Origin: Chiloscyllium plagiosum
Taxonomy: Eukaryota
Assembly: GCF_004010195.1 (NCBI RefSeq)
Contig: NC_057720.1
Span: 69,682,847 to 69,746,846, forward strand
DNA length: 64,000 bases
Direction of reading: 5' to 3'
Positions 63,721 to 64,000 of this stretch are shown here, one piece after another. Position numbers and translations under genes: made by a program. Below the pieces are notes generated by a model. It worked only from the letters and a program-made list of their open reading frames with translations. It had not been told where the DNA came from and did not search any database. The stretch's first letter is position 1. Each line of letters opens with the position of its first letter.

Positions 63721-64000
63721 GAGGATTTTCTCTAACCTTTTCTTTCAGCCAATAACATACCTATTCTTAATTGTTTCTTTTTTTCATCTTATCACCATTC
63801 CTTTGGTTCTGAATGACTAATTCATTTTCTGGTTTTCTTTCACATATTGTCCTTTCATCCTTTTTTGCCACCCATTTCTAACATAACCTTTCATCAGAAC
63901 TGGCAATCAATCTGAAACATTAACTCTATTTCTCTTACTAAAGATGCTGCTGGACCTGCTGAGCATTTCCAACATTATAGCAACAGGATACTCGCCCAAT

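Noticed and set aside
15842-64000. Further NR5A2 exons (hinge/H1-H3, DNA-binding domain) or a nested gene
   Set aside because: No ORF with nuclear-receptor motifs was found. This is consistent with a very large upstream intron, as I recall for human NR5A2.

Overview
Vertebrate genomic DNA, most likely from a cartilaginous fish (shark); this is inferred from HE1-type tRNA-derived SINEs and their partner CR1-type LINEs. The window lies inside a nuclear-receptor gene on the minus strand, most likely NR5A2 (LRH-1). Two ligand-binding-domain exons are visible (15841-15722, 120 bp; 2167-2020, 148 bp) with canonical splice sites. I found no other exon, so the rest appears intronic: a 13.5-kb intron, more than 48 kb of the upstream intron and 2 kb of the downstream intron. 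The introns contain CR1, L2, RTE, Rex1 and Tx1 LINE fragments, HE1 and Deu-type SINEs, Harbinger Myb/SANT relics, short Penelope-like insertions carrying minimal hammerhead-ribozyme cores, and two N gaps. Most notable: (i) a CR1 insertion that captured about 100 bp of nearby DNA inside its TSD; (ii) several hammerhead-bearing Penelope-derived mini-insertions with 11-14 bp TSDs, including a near-perfect hairpin; (iii) a Trp at the position of human LRH-1 Gly398; (iv) a Tx1 insertion with a 17-bp TSD and a reiterated 3' end. I see no convincing wholly new multi-gene system. Repeat-family names and comparisons with human proteins come from recalled consensus sequences, not database searches.
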